Part shown: positions 27,805 to 41,258 of the stretch, in pieces
Numbering within the stretch: position 1 is the stretch's first letter
Layout: each line of letters begins with the position of its first letter
Assembly (NCBI GenBank): GCA_951406725.2
Contig: OX597824.1
Coordinates: 78,120,001-78,184,000 of the forward strand
Source of the DNA: Octopus vulgaris
Taxonomy: Eukaryota
Length of the DNA stretch: 64,000 bases
Direction: 5' to 3'
Notes under the pieces: generated by a model
Database searches by the model: none
Told to the model about the DNA's origin: nothing
Seen by the model: only the letters and a program-made list of their open reading frames with translations
Made by a program: the position numbers and the translations under genes

Positions 27805-28217
27805 TATTTTACTTGTTTGAGTCATTTGACTGTGGCCATGCTGGAGCACCACCTTTAGACGAGCAAATCGACCCCAGAACTTATTCTTTGTAAGCCTAGT
27901 ACTTATTCGATCGGTCGCTTTTGCCGAACCGCTAGGTTACGGTGACGTAAACACACCAGCATCGGTTATCAATTGATGTTGGGGGGGGGCAAACACAGAC
28001 ACACAGACATACACACACACACACACAAACACATATATATATATACATATATACGACGGGCTTCTTTCAGTTTCCGTCTACCAAATTTACTCACAAGGCT
28101 TTGGTCGGCCCGAGGCTATAGTAGAAGACACTTCCCCAAGGTGCCACGCAGTGGGACTGAACCCGGAACCTTGTGGTTCGTAAGCAAGCTACTTTCCACA
28201 CTGCCACTCCTCCGCCT
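27805..28217 (-). mobile_element. SINE family A
   Basis: Full-length reverse-complement copy. Confidence 0.9.
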
Positions 28218-28584
28218 GCAATGCTATGCAAAGCGAGAATGGATTAGGAGAATGAGTCATTCCTTAGTTGATTGTTTTACGTGTCTGTTTATGTGCGAGC
28301 TGACATGAACACTCTTTCGGTTCCTTGAACACTTGTCAGAGGATATGACAGCCGGAGGTAATAAGGGCTACACCAGCACCCCGCTGGAATTATTTATTTA
28401 CAATTGAACAAACTGAAACAACGTAAAATGAAGGACCTTGCTCAAGGACACAGCACGTCCCACTCAGTTGTGGAATTGAATCCACGATCTTATTTTTATG
28501 AACCGAAAACCATAATCACTAGATCTCGCATCTTCACCATTTGATAATATAATCAGTGGTAGAAGTTACCACTGATTATATTAT

Positions 28585-29035
28585 AGGAGTGGCTGTGTGG
28601 TACGTAGTTTGCTTACGAACCACATGGTTCTGGGTTCAGTCCCACTGCGTGGCACCTTGGTCAAGTGTCTTCTGCCATAGCCTCCGGCCGACCAAGCCTT
28701 TGTCAGTGGATTTGGTAGACGGAAACTGAAAGAAGCCCATCGTATATATGTATATACATATATATGTATATGTGTGTGTGTATATGTGTGTATATGTTTG
28801 TGTGTCTGTGTTTGCCCCCCCCCCCGCCTCCAACATTGCTTGACAACCGATGTTGGTGTGTTTATGTCGCCCGTAACTTAGCGGTTCGGCAAAAAGCGAC
28901 CGATAGAATAAGTACTAGTCTTACAAAGAATTAGTCCTGGGGTCGATTTGGTCGACTAAAGACGGTGCTCTAGCATGGCCGCAGTCAAATGACTGAAACA
29001 AGTAAAAGAGATTAAAAGATAGTAAAAGAGACTAA
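28585..29035 (+). mobile_element. SINE family A
   Basis: Near full-length copy with a tail repeat. Confidence 0.9.
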
Positions 29036-29703
29036 AAGACAGCTATAGTATACCTCAAATAAAATTACACCAGCTGGATATAGTTTTGTCAGGACTGTTA
29101 TAAAACTAAACAATATTAACAATGACAACAAGAGCAACATCAGTTTCAGCACAATAACAAAGGAACATTTACTCAGTTAATTTATTAGCTATAAAATTTC
29201 CCTCAAAGGAAACTTTCCAGTATTTTTGACAAGGAAAGCTACATTGATAAAGTATTCCTAGGTAACTTATAAAACAATTAATTGCCATTGCAACTATGCA
29301 GCCGTTCCTTTGTACATAGGTCTATTTAGTAAAGGCTGAACTGGAGTTAAACGATAACAATAACAGCACCAACACCGAGCATGCAACGCACATTTTTCCA
29401 GGTATTATCAGCAAAAAGCAGGGAAACACACTTCAATATGGACTGGAGAGGCTACCGAAACATTTGATAGCTTAGCACAGGCTTTTGAATCCTGAAGACT
29501 CCCTACATAAACAGAGAAACTGCAATGCATCAAACATGTTAAGTCAAAACGGAATTATTTATAAGTTAACAATGAACGTAATTAAAAGAGGACACATACC
29601 TGTAAGAAGAGAAATCTTGTACGAAAACTCATTAACACTTCTGGCATCCTGCACACTTTTATCTGCATTAATAAACGGCAGAATGAAACCAGAACTGGTT
29701 ATA

Positions 29704-30153
29704 TATTTCTTTACTACCCACAAGGGGCTAAACACAGTTTTTTTACTACCCACAAGGGGTTAAACACGGAGGGAACAAACAAGGACAGACAAACGGATTA
29801 AGTCGATTACATCGACCCCAGGGCGTAACTGGTACTTAATTTATCGACCCCGAAAGGATGAAAGGCAAAGTCGACCTCGGCGGAATTTGAACTCAGAACG
29901 TAACGGCAGACGAAATACCTATTTCTTTACTACCCACAAGGGGCTAAACACAGAGGGAACAAACAAGGACAGACAAACAGATTAAGTCGATTACATCGAC
30001 CCCAGTGCGTAACTGGTACTTAATTTATCGACCCCGAAAGGATGAAAGGCAAAGTCGACCTCGGCGGAATTTGAACCCAGAATGTAACGGCAGACGAAAT
30101 ACGGCTACGCATTTCGCCCGGCGTGCTAACGTTTCTCCCAGCTCGCCGCCTTT
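29704..30153 (-). mobile_element. SINE family C with two body units
   Basis: TSD CAGAACTGGTTATA at 29690-29703 and 30154-30167. Confidence 0.85.
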
Positions 30154-30497
30154 CAGAACTGGTTATAGTTAATACGGAAAAAATCGTACGCAGGATGAGG
30201 GCTCATTCGTAAAATTTTATATCGTATTTGAATGACTTAAAATATTTACAAAGGTCATTCGTCCCTAAAATAGTTTGCAAATTAGCGTCAAAGCATAAAT
30301 AACCCTTTCTAACATAAGTACAAGGCCTGATATTTTGGGGGAGGGTTAAGTTGATTATGTCGATCCCAGTGCTAAACAGATACTTGTTTCATCGACCTCG
30401 AAAGGATGAGAAGCAAAGACTACCGTGGCGGAATTCGAACTCAGAAAGTAAAGACGAACGAAAAGTCAGTCAGTATTTTCTCCGGCATGCTAGGAAT

Positions 30498-30884
30498 GGA
30501 TGGAAACACTCCGTCGGTTACGACGACGAGGGTTCTGGTTGATCCGAATCAACGGAACAGCCTGCTCGTGAAATTAACGTGTAAGTGGCTGAGCACTCCA
30601 CAGACACGTGTACCCTTAACGTAGTTCTCGGGGATATTCAGCGTGACACAAAGAGTGACAAGGCCGGCCCTTTGAAATACAGGTACAGCAGAAACAGGAA
30701 GTAAGAGTGAGAGAAAGTTGTGGTGAAAGAGTACAGCAGGGATCACCACCATCCCCTGCTGGAGCCTCGTGGAGCTTTAGGTGTTTTCGCTCAATAAACA
30801 CTCACAACGCCCGGTCTGGGAATCGAAACCGCGATCCTATGACCGCGAGTCCGTTGCCCTAACCACTGGGCCATCGCGCCTCCA
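30498..30884 (-). mobile_element. SINE family B
   Basis: Reverse-complement copy with TSD CATGCTAGGAAT. Confidence 0.9.
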
Positions 30885-30989
30885 CATGCTAGGAATACAA
30901 TCCCGGTGAACGTCTAAGCCAAGTCATGAATAATGTGCAATGCATTAAATAAATGTGCTAAAGTTATTGTATATGTAAAGAGGAAAAAT

Positions 30990-31384
30990 TAACAAAAATT
31001 TAGGAAATTAAATTAGATACCTGGATGCAATTCAAAGAATTCAACAAAAACTAGCAAAATATAATACTTTGGATTAAATAAGTCTAAGATTTCGCACAAA
31101 AATTAAAGAAGAATTTTAAGATTCCATGAAAGACAACCCGCTGTTAAAATGCTGGAGAAACCAGCTTATGCATCATTTACAGTTTCAACAAAAAGAAGAT
31201 AAAGTTAAATGTCTTGAAGAGTCGAGACAAATAACACCGGGGAACTACTTAATGTTCGAAAGCTTTCAGCGCAGAGTTGATGTAAATAGATTATACCCAC
31301 CCAAAATGGCTGATGCAAATAGAAAACTACAACGAAATAACAACAGTCGGAGTAGAAAACTACCTAGACGCAAATAGAGGGGAA
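30990..31384 (+). mobile_element. Decayed R4/Dong-like LINE fragment (post-RT region)
   Basis: DVNRLYPP resembles the DTERLYLP motif of the 1364-3540 element. The frames contain many stops. Confidence 0.4.
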
Positions 31385-31484
31385 TAGGTTTGTGTAATAA
31401 GCAAATGTGAAGATTTTTTTTTTAAATCTTATATATGGAAGCAATAGAATACAAATTGGAAATTAAGTACACCGAAGAGAATTA

Positions 31485-31898
31485 GGATATTTTCGGTTTG
31501 ATCGGCAGTTTTTTAAAAATAATTTCCACGTAGCTAAACACTTTTAAACTTCGTATACTGGTAGAATGTGTTTATAAAACATCTTTTTCTCTTGGCTTTA
31601 TTGAGAAAATTCTATAGTTTGTAAGATATTTGTTATTGTTTTTTCTTTAATTTCTGCAATTACAACCAATCAAATACATCTATTGAGGTAAAAACACATT
31701 CTGTGCTGTATGAATATGTCCCTCGTTTAAGAAACAGATTGGGTTTATTTACATTTGTGAAGAAAAAAAGATACCCTTCCCCTCACCCCTAACCCTAACT
31801 AACCCTAAGCCTAAATGAGATTGAAATGCAATAGATCGATACTAGGGTCATAATTATGGGTGACAATTTCATATGACACCGCTAGAAAAACTGCCGTT
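31485..31898. mobile_element. Same TTAGGG-containing TIR element in opposite orientation, right TIR partly lost
   Basis: Reverse-complement match to 53927-54358, CCCTAA repeats at ~31787-31813, and a ~92-bp flanking direct repeat. Confidence 0.85.
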
Positions 31899-32080
31899 GT
31901 GTAATAGGCAAATGTGAAGATTTTTTTAAAATCTTATATATGGAAGCAATAGAATACAAATTGGAAATTAAGTACACCAAAGAAAATTATTTACATAAGG
32001 ACAGAACAAAAATGCCAAGCTGTTTTAAAGGCGAAATCAAAATATCATTGCTAGATATACTTTCAAAATATAGAGAACTG

Positions 32081-32480
32081 GGATTTTTTCGGTTTGAACG
32101 GCAGTTTTTTCTAGCGGTGTCATATGAAATTGTCACCCATAATTATGACCCTAGTATCGATCTATTGCATTTCAATCTGTTTTAGGATTAGGGTTAGTTG
32201 GGGTTAGGGTTAGGGGTAGGGTTAGGGGTAGGGGAAGGGTGTCTTTTTTTCTTCACAAATGTAAATAAACCCAATCTGTTTCTTAAACGAGGGACATATT
32301 CATACGGCACAGAATGTCTTCACCTCAATAGACGTCATTGATTGGTTGAAATTGCAGAAATTGAAGAAAAATAACAACAAATATCTTACAAACTATAGAA
32401 CTTTCTCAATAAAGCCAAGAGAAAAAGATGTTTTATAAACACATTCTACCAGTATACGAAGTTTAAAAGTGTTTAGTTAC
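32081..32480. mobile_element. Third copy of the TTAGGG-containing TIR element, ending at an adjacent SINE
   Basis: Colinear with 53927-54320 and ends at the tail of a family A SINE. Confidence 0.85.
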
Positions 32481-32489
32481 TCTCTCTAC

Positions 32490-32783
32490 TCATTTACTTT
32501 TACTTCTTTCAGTCATTTGACTGTGGCCATGCTGGAGCACCGCCTTTAGTCGAGCAAATCGACCCCAGGACTTATTCTTTGTAAGCCTAGTACTTATTAT
32601 ATCGGTCTCTTTTGCCGAACCGCTAAGTTACGGGGACGTAAACACAGCATCGGTTGTTAAGCAATGTTGGGGGGACAAACACAGACACACAAACACACAC
32701 ATATATACATATATATAAATACATCTATACGACGGGCTTCTTTCAGTTTCCGTCTACCAAATCCACTCACAAGGCTCTGGTCA
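32490..32783 (-). mobile_element. SINE family A lacking its head
   Basis: 3' two-thirds of the consensus. Confidence 0.85.
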
Positions 32784-33259
32784 GAAACTCGGCGAGCTGG
32801 AAGAATCGTTATCACGCCATCCAAAATGCTTAGAAGCATTTCGACCATCTGTATGTTCTAAGTGTAAATAATGCCGACGTCGACTTTGCTTTTCATCCTT
32901 TCGGAGTCGATGAAATAAGTACCAGTTGAACGTTGGGAGTTGATGGAATTAATTTACCCTTTCCACTGAAAATGATGGTCTTCTGCCAAAATTTGGAATT
33001 AATATATGAACAACTATACTATGCAACCAGTAGAGTGAGACAATTGACCAAATTATTTCTGTTTACCCTGTTACGGGTATGAGGGAATCGTTACTATTAT
33101 CTGCTGGGAAATATGCCGATTCTTCGACGCGAAAACACCATTTTAACCAAGATATTCCACTGCGTGGCACCTTGGGTGAGTGTCTTCTTCTATAGCCTCG
33201 GGCCGACCAAAACCTTGTGAGTGGATTTGGTAGAAGGAAACTGAAAGAAACCCGTCGTA

Positions 33260-33300
<41 letters not shown>

Positions 33301-33303
<3 letters not shown>

Positions 33304-33748
33304 AAATAGGATAAATTCTTAATAAGAAATCTTAATAAGAAATTATCAGGTAGTTAGCGTGAAAAACCTCATAAGAGAAAAAATCTGTAAATTTTTTCAC
33401 TTGAAGATATTTATTTATATTATATAGAGGGCATTATTACACATAAATGCCACACGCTAGGAGGGACTTTTAAAGTCATAACTACCAAAAATAAACAAAT
33501 CGTACCGAATGCAATTCTCGAAGCGAGACATTTAAAAGCAGAATTTAGTTCCAGATCACCTGTGATTTCGCAATTAACATATTATTTACGTCTCTTGCTC
33601 TTCAGTGAAACGAATTTAAAATATATCATAAATGAACAAAACCAGCATACCAACATGCATTCGGTACAATTTGTTTATTTTTGGTAGTTATGACTTTAAA
33701 AGTCCCTCCTAGCGTGTGGCATTTATGTGTAATAATACCCTCTATATA

Positions 33749-33755
<7 letters not shown>
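33301..33755 (-). mobile_element. Divergent homolog of the HHR monomer with a partial inverted copy, inside the (TA)n of a SINE
   Basis: Shares TCAGGTAG.TAGCGTGAAAA.CCTCATAAGAGA, GAGGGCATTAT and ATGCCACACGCTA.GAGGGAC with the array. ~33657-33755 inverts ~33412-33512. Confidence 0.85.
33548..33611 (-). ncRNA. Type I hammerhead ribozyme
   Basis: GUUUCA-CUGAAGA-GCAA(...)UUGC-GAAA-UCACAGGUGA-UC^UGGAAC. All three stems pair. Confidence 0.85.
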
Positions 33756-33823
<68 letters not shown>

Positions 33824-34031
33824 TGTGTGTGTGTATATGTTTGTTTGTTATAATAATAATAATCCTTTCTACTGAAGGCACAAGGCTTCGAAATTTTGTG
33901 GGAGGGGCTTGTCGATTACATCGACTCCAGTGATTCCCTGGTACTTAATTTATCGACCCCGAAAGGATGGGCGTACTGGGCTTCGTATATTTTACCCCAG
34001 TGTCACTCTGATGGCATGCTCCACTACTCAA

Positions 34032-34087
<56 letters not shown>

Positions 34088-34102
34088 ATGATAATGATGA
34101 TG

Positions 34103-34149
<47 letters not shown>

Positions 34150-34150
34150 T

Positions 34151-34703
34151 GCCCTGATGCAGTACCAGGCAGTGGCTATCATGGCTTCTGATCTTAAATG
34201 ATTAGAAGTGTTATCATGTACATTGTTTTGTCTTGGTATAAAAGATGGGCTACAGCAAATATTCTGCTCAATACCACAGATTTGCTTGTCAGTTGTTTGA
34301 CCTTAACCAGTTGAGAATGTCCCTTAGTGGCTGACGATATGTGCATCTCTGATCACGAGCAGAAGTAGTGGGGGAGCATCATAGCCATGTGTTGAGAGTG
34401 ATTCTTTGGGATTTGAATAATTCACCTCTGGAAACATGGTTGGTTCTTTCAACATCCTTAAACAACCCTTATTCAGGGACCTTTTGAGCGGGATGGGCTA
34501 CTCGACCTGAAGAAATTTCTAACTGGGCCCCACCTGCAAGGTCATGTGCTGTTTATCTTGATATGAGACCACCATGTCGCGCACATATGGTTGTGATGCA
34601 TGTGCCTGGTGTACCCTTACCAGACGAGTAGTCATGATGGGTATATTAGGCTTCGTATATTTTACCCCAGTGTCACTTTGATGGCATGAACTGCTCTCTC
34701 ACT

Positions 34704-34704
<1 letters not shown>
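34151..34704 (+). mobile_element. ~550-bp non-coding element inserted in (AAT)n
   Basis: Same 5' end (GCCCTGA) and 3' end (CTCTCTCACTC) as 60418-60969. A 3'-only copy lies at ~33966-34029. Confidence 0.85.
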
Positions 34705-34763
<59 letters not shown>

Positions 34764-34972
34764 TAATCGCTGTTCTTCTATTAAGAAGAGAGTGAAAATT
34801 TTTGTGGATAGCTTGTTTGTTTGTTTGTTTGGATAGGTTATTTGTATCGACGTCAAGCACTTGACTGATTCCGTAATTTATTATCCGCCACTCCTGCAGT
34901 GGGACGAAAGACAAAGATTGACTTCGGTAGAAATTGAACTCAGAACGTGAAAGTAATGCATGGAGAACATAG

Positions 34973-35355
34973 GGGAAGCACTCCGCCGGTTACGACGACG
35001 AGGGTTCCGGTTGATCCGAATCAACGGAACAGCCTGCTCGTGAAATTAACGTGTAAGTGGCTGAGCACTCCACAGACACGTGTATCCTTAACGTAGTTCT
35101 CGGGGATATTCAGCGTGACACAGAGAGTGACAAGGCCGGCCCTTTGAAATACAGATACAACAGAAACAGGAAGTAAGAGTGAGAGAAAGTTGTGACGAAA
35201 GAGTACAGCAGGGATCACCACCATCCCCTGCCGGAGCATCGTGGAGCTTTAGGTGTTTTCGCTCAATAAACACTCACAACGCTCGGTCTGGGAATCGAAA
35301 TCGCGATCCTATGACCGCGAGTCCGCTGCCCTAACCACTGGGCCATTGCGCCTCC
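34973..35355 (-). mobile_element. SINE family B
   Basis: Reverse-complement copy, with ATGCATGGAGAA repeated on both sides. Confidence 0.9.
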
Positions 35356-36690
35356 TGTTATTATTATACATGCATGGAGAATATAACAAGGACAAAGAAC
35401 CGACAAAAATAAAAGCTGGGAGTCTTTCTTTGCAGTAAGCTATTTCTAGCCGTACGAGCGGCCATGTCGAATCGAGGCTCCATTGTTTGTTCGCCTGTTT
35501 CACACAATATCATTAAAGATACTGCAACATGTTATTACAAATGCCATTATCATCTCAATCGTCTCGTTACTATGAGCTTTCATAGCATAATTAAGAGTCA
35601 CGTTATGTAACTTCTAAACGCATCATGTGCTTTTTCAGCATCTCTCCGGTGTAACATACGATCAACAAATTAGCTGATGTCATAGTTATTTCGATTCCCT
35701 TTTTGTTTTCAAATTGTTTGGTTGCGTTGTTTTTGCCTGTTTTACTGCACAGCACAGCTTGCATAAAACCTACCTTCGACATCTCGGAAACTTCTGCACG
35801 TAGAAAGTTTAAATTATTTATTAATAAATTTTCGAAATAAATTAATTGCATATTATATATGATATATGATATATGATATATTATATATGGAATATTAAAG
35901 CTTGTGTATTATATATATTATATACGAGGCGCATTTCAATTTCATATTTTATATAATTTTAACATAGGCTAGGATTTATAGAAAATAAATGGATTACGGA
36001 AGAAATATTTCCATGCGTGGTTACGTAGCAACGCAATATCTTTCACATTTGTTAGTGTACAGAAAAGTTAGTAGCATAGAATATATTGAAGCAGTGACAA
36101 TAGATGAAGAGATGTATTCAGATGCACAAGCCCACACACAAACATACACACACACACACACAAACACATATGCACACATATAGACACACACACACACACA
36201 GAAATATAACAAATTTGTGACTACCATGAATGGTAACGTAAAAATATATTCAAATAGATATAATTGTTATTGGTGTGATATATATATTTGAGAAACGACT
36301 ATAAATGTAAATCTAATATGTAGTAGAAAAAGACATGACAATACTGACTGAATATACTGTTAAAATGGTGAATTGGCAATCGTTCCGAGTCTCTCTTCTC
36401 CGAGTTCAAATTCCGCTCAGGATAACTTTGCTTATCATCGTTCTGGGGTCTACATATGGAGTATTTATTTACCATTGAGAGGGATGTTGCTTCTTCGTTC
36501 TCTCTCACATCCTCCTCCTCTTCCTCCTCTTCCTCCTCTTCCTCCTCTTCCTCCTCTTCCTCCTCTTCCTCCTCTTCCTCTTTCTTCTTCCTCCTCCTCC
36601 TCCTCCTTCTCTTCTTCTTCTTCTTCTACTTCTTTTTTCCATCTCATTCACCTCTCTTTCTCTCTCTCTCTTTCTCTCTCTCTCTTTCTT

Positions 36691-36743
<53 letters not shown>

Positions 36744-37041
36744 ATATCTATCTATCTATCTATTCATCTATCTATCTATCTTTCCTTCTATCTATCTGTC
36801 TGTCTGTCTGTCTATGTCTTTCGATAGTAGCTGTAATTCGAAAGGGCAGCGTAGTCTAGCATTTTTCGCTTTGATTCATATGTCTACGGAATACTCGGGC
36901 ATTCACACGTGAATTTCACGAGAAAGAACTCATTCAATGAATCTACCAAATGCTCGCCATTGACGACGAATACGTAACACTCGCAAGCACTTTCACACAC
37001 TCACATGAAAGCACACACGTTCGTGATAGATAGATAGGTAG

Positions 37042-37095
<54 letters not shown>

Positions 37096-37221
37096 TTAGA
37101 TAGATAGATAGATATATAGATAGATAGATAGATAGATAGATAGGTAGGTAGGTAGGTAGGTAGGTAGGTAGGTAGGTAGGTAGGTAGGTAGGTAGGTAGG
37201 TAGGTAGGTAGGTAAGTAGGT

Positions 37222-37252
<31 letters not shown>

Positions 37253-37281
37253 AAGAAAGACAGACAGACAGACAGACAGAC

Positions 37282-37347
<66 letters not shown>

Positions 37348-38185
37348 AGGGCCTTGAAGTGATGGTATCTGCTTGTTTAACGCTCTTCTCCACAGGAACT
37401 CTCATGAGTTGCGGTAACAAGCTATGTGGGTGACCTATCTGGAGTTATCCCTGAGTACTTTGATGTATTGTGACTTGATACCTTACATTTCCAGAGGCTT
37501 CAGCGGAGTGAACCACACTACATGATTGCACAACCACCACTGGACTGGATATGTCACCATATTTACTGACAAAGATGGATCTGTATAATTGCCGAGTGGC
37601 ATCCAAGAAATAGGAAAAGGCTACTCAAAAGACTTCCACAATGATAGATTTGATTAAATGATTTGGGCCTTGATAGAATCGAAGGGTGCAACAAGAAAGA
37701 AATGGAAACCTATTGTGACAAGCAGTGTAGAGCAGCATGTTGATAATCTGGTTGACACAAGTGATTCAGGTAATGGCATCCAATTATATTTACAATGTAA
37801 TTGAAATCAGCGGATGCAAATAACCAAATATTGAAAAGTACGCAGGATCATATGATATAAACTACATCTTGTGTTTTACCATACATATGTCCTATTTCGT
37901 AAACCATATCCCTTAAGGCTGCAAATTACCGTAGTAAGCACACCACTTTATAGGAAGTACACTGGAACAATGATACAATTAACAATCGTGCATGCTGCTA
38001 TATCCTCATCTTATTATACTCACTTGTTTATTTGATAGCCTGATGACATGGGAGTTACATAACGCATTACGCACTCCAAGTAATTGCATTATGCTTCAAC
38101 ATTCCTAATGAAACAATTGTAGCAATGCCAGATAATCCTTTTGTCTGTTATTATTATTCTTGTTTATATCATAATGATGATGATG

Positions 38186-39009
<824 letters not shown>

Positions 39010-39084
39010 CACGCGAGATGTCGAAATATTGTTCATTCGATAATAGTTGCACCCTTCTTTATTGCAATAATAATAATAATAATA

Positions 39085-39122
<38 letters not shown>

Positions 39123-39750
39123 AATAACAACAACAACAACAACAGACAAAAGGATTATCAATTAGATTGCGTAATATGTTACGTAATTCCCAACTCATCA
39201 GGCTACCAAACAAACAAATGAGTTCAACAAGATGTGGGTATATATATACTGGACCACATATACGATTTCAATCGTTAGTGACGTATCCCAAATATACACA
39301 TTTTGGTAAAACTTATCCATTCCGTTATTAAATCAACATTAATAAATTATATATATAATTACCTTCTTTCTATCTTTCTTTCTCTCATTTATTTATTTTT
39401 TGATACATACTTCTGTCCACAGTTGCTACTGAATTATTCTGTTCCTCTTTTCCAAATGTCTCACCTACATTCTCATCTTTCTCTCTGTCTCACTCCCCCA
39501 CCCTCTCTCTCTCTCTATTTATCTATCTATCTACCTATCTTTTCGAGTGTGTATGCGTGTAGGTTTCTTGAGTCTGCTCTACTTCTTCACCCCATCCATC
39601 TCCTCCCCTTTCTGTCTTATAATCTTCTCGTTCCGCTTTCCATTCTTTTTCTGCCCTTTCTGAGTCCTCATCATCATCATCGCCGTCGTCGTCGTCACCC
39701 TTCTCCTCCTCAGCTTTCTACTCATCATCAACATCATCGTCATCATCATC

Positions 39751-39795
<45 letters not shown>

Positions 39796-39805
39796 TTCAT
39801 CATCG

Positions 39806-39859
<54 letters not shown>

Positions 39860-40244
39860 CTATCTTCATCATGGTCGTCGTTGCCGTCATCATCGTCGTA
39901 ATCGTTACCGTCCTCAAACAACATCGTCGTCATCGTCGTCATTATTATCGTCGTCGTCGTCGTCATCATCATCATTATCATCACCAGCGTCACTGTGCTT
40001 GTCAATAACTAGCAGAATCGTCAAAATGACCATCGTGTTCATTATCTACTCCTCAACACCAGCGCAGTCAGTCACTAACATCAACCACAACATCAGCGCG
40101 ACCACCTATGCTGCAATCACCACAATACTACCACCACCACCACCACCACCATCACCACCATCACAATCACTACAATCGTCATCAACACAAAAATCACACT
40201 ATCACCTTCACCTTCAACAGCATTACCATCACCTCTACCATTAA

Positions 40245-41258
40245 CCCCTTGACGCGGGTATTACCCGAGCCATGCGAGACACTGCTCCGGTTTTTATATC
40301 TAACTAGCAGTATCGCCCGGCGTTGCTCGGGTTTGTAAGGGAAATAACTATATAAGCATTTTTAGAGAGTTACTTCCTTTATAGATACCAATTCGGGCTT
40401 TCTTAGCCATTTCTGTTTTGGTGTCTTCAAGCCATGAAGTCGTTGTTCTAAAAGAACGCTGGTCTCCTTGACAACGCATTACGACGTTGATTTCCTTACA
40501 CTCCCTTCCCAACAGCTTCACGAGGGAGGGAAGAAGGAGGAGAAGCAACACACGTGCAGGTGTGACCATGGACGCCAACTCCGCCGCCATCGACACACGA
40601 AAAAATATGCATTAAAATGGAATAAAAAATGATGTTAAATTATTTTTAAAATCGTAGACTCATCGTAGACGCGCGCTAATACTCAGACGGGCTCGATATG
40701 AATCACGACTATAAGATACCCGAATTTGGTTAAACTGCACCGCAAAATGTGGGAGTAGTTAGGAATCTAAATCGAAGGGGACAGACACTCACACAACTAC
40801 AGTTTTATATATATAGATGAGGCCACACAAACACACAAGTACCAACGAGCTCGCGTCTACTTACGTTCACCGTTACAATAACATGGCGTCGTACATTTAC
40901 GTCTACCGGTTTATGAAAACGGACTATGTGGAGCTATTTATCATAATATGATATGCATGAGTTATTCTGCTCAAGTTAAAAAAACAGCTTGCGTGTGGTA
41001 GAACTCAATACACGGTATTATGCATGGAAAGTATCCACATGTCATTGGTCTACTGCTAGTCTCATGACACGAACGTATCCTAAAATAGCTAAGATAATGA
41101 ACGGGACGGCGAGCGCACGAACCTCAAGAGATAAAGTACACGATAGCCGCTAAAAAACCGTGATAGATGTAGTGCAGCTCTACATCGTATATTTACGTTA
41201 ACCGCGGATAGGCAAGCAAAAGTGTGATCGCATATTTGCGTCAACCGTTGTCAAGGGG
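40245..41258. mobile_element. piggyBac-type MITE
   Basis: TTAA|CCCCTTGAC ... GTCAAGGGG|TTAA (9-bp TIR, TTAA TSD). It interrupts a continuous (CAC/CAT)-rich tract. Confidence 0.8.
40304..40817 (-). mobile_element. Non-autonomous Helitron nested in a piggyBac-type MITE
   Basis: A|TC...CTAG|T termini on the minus strand and hairpin CCCGGCGTTGCTCGGG. The ends resemble 15813-16252 but the interior differs. Confidence 0.82.

Noticed and set aside
31787-31813. Interstitial telomere or chromosome fusion site
   Set aside because: The short TTAGGG tracts are a fixed internal part of a three-copy TIR element.
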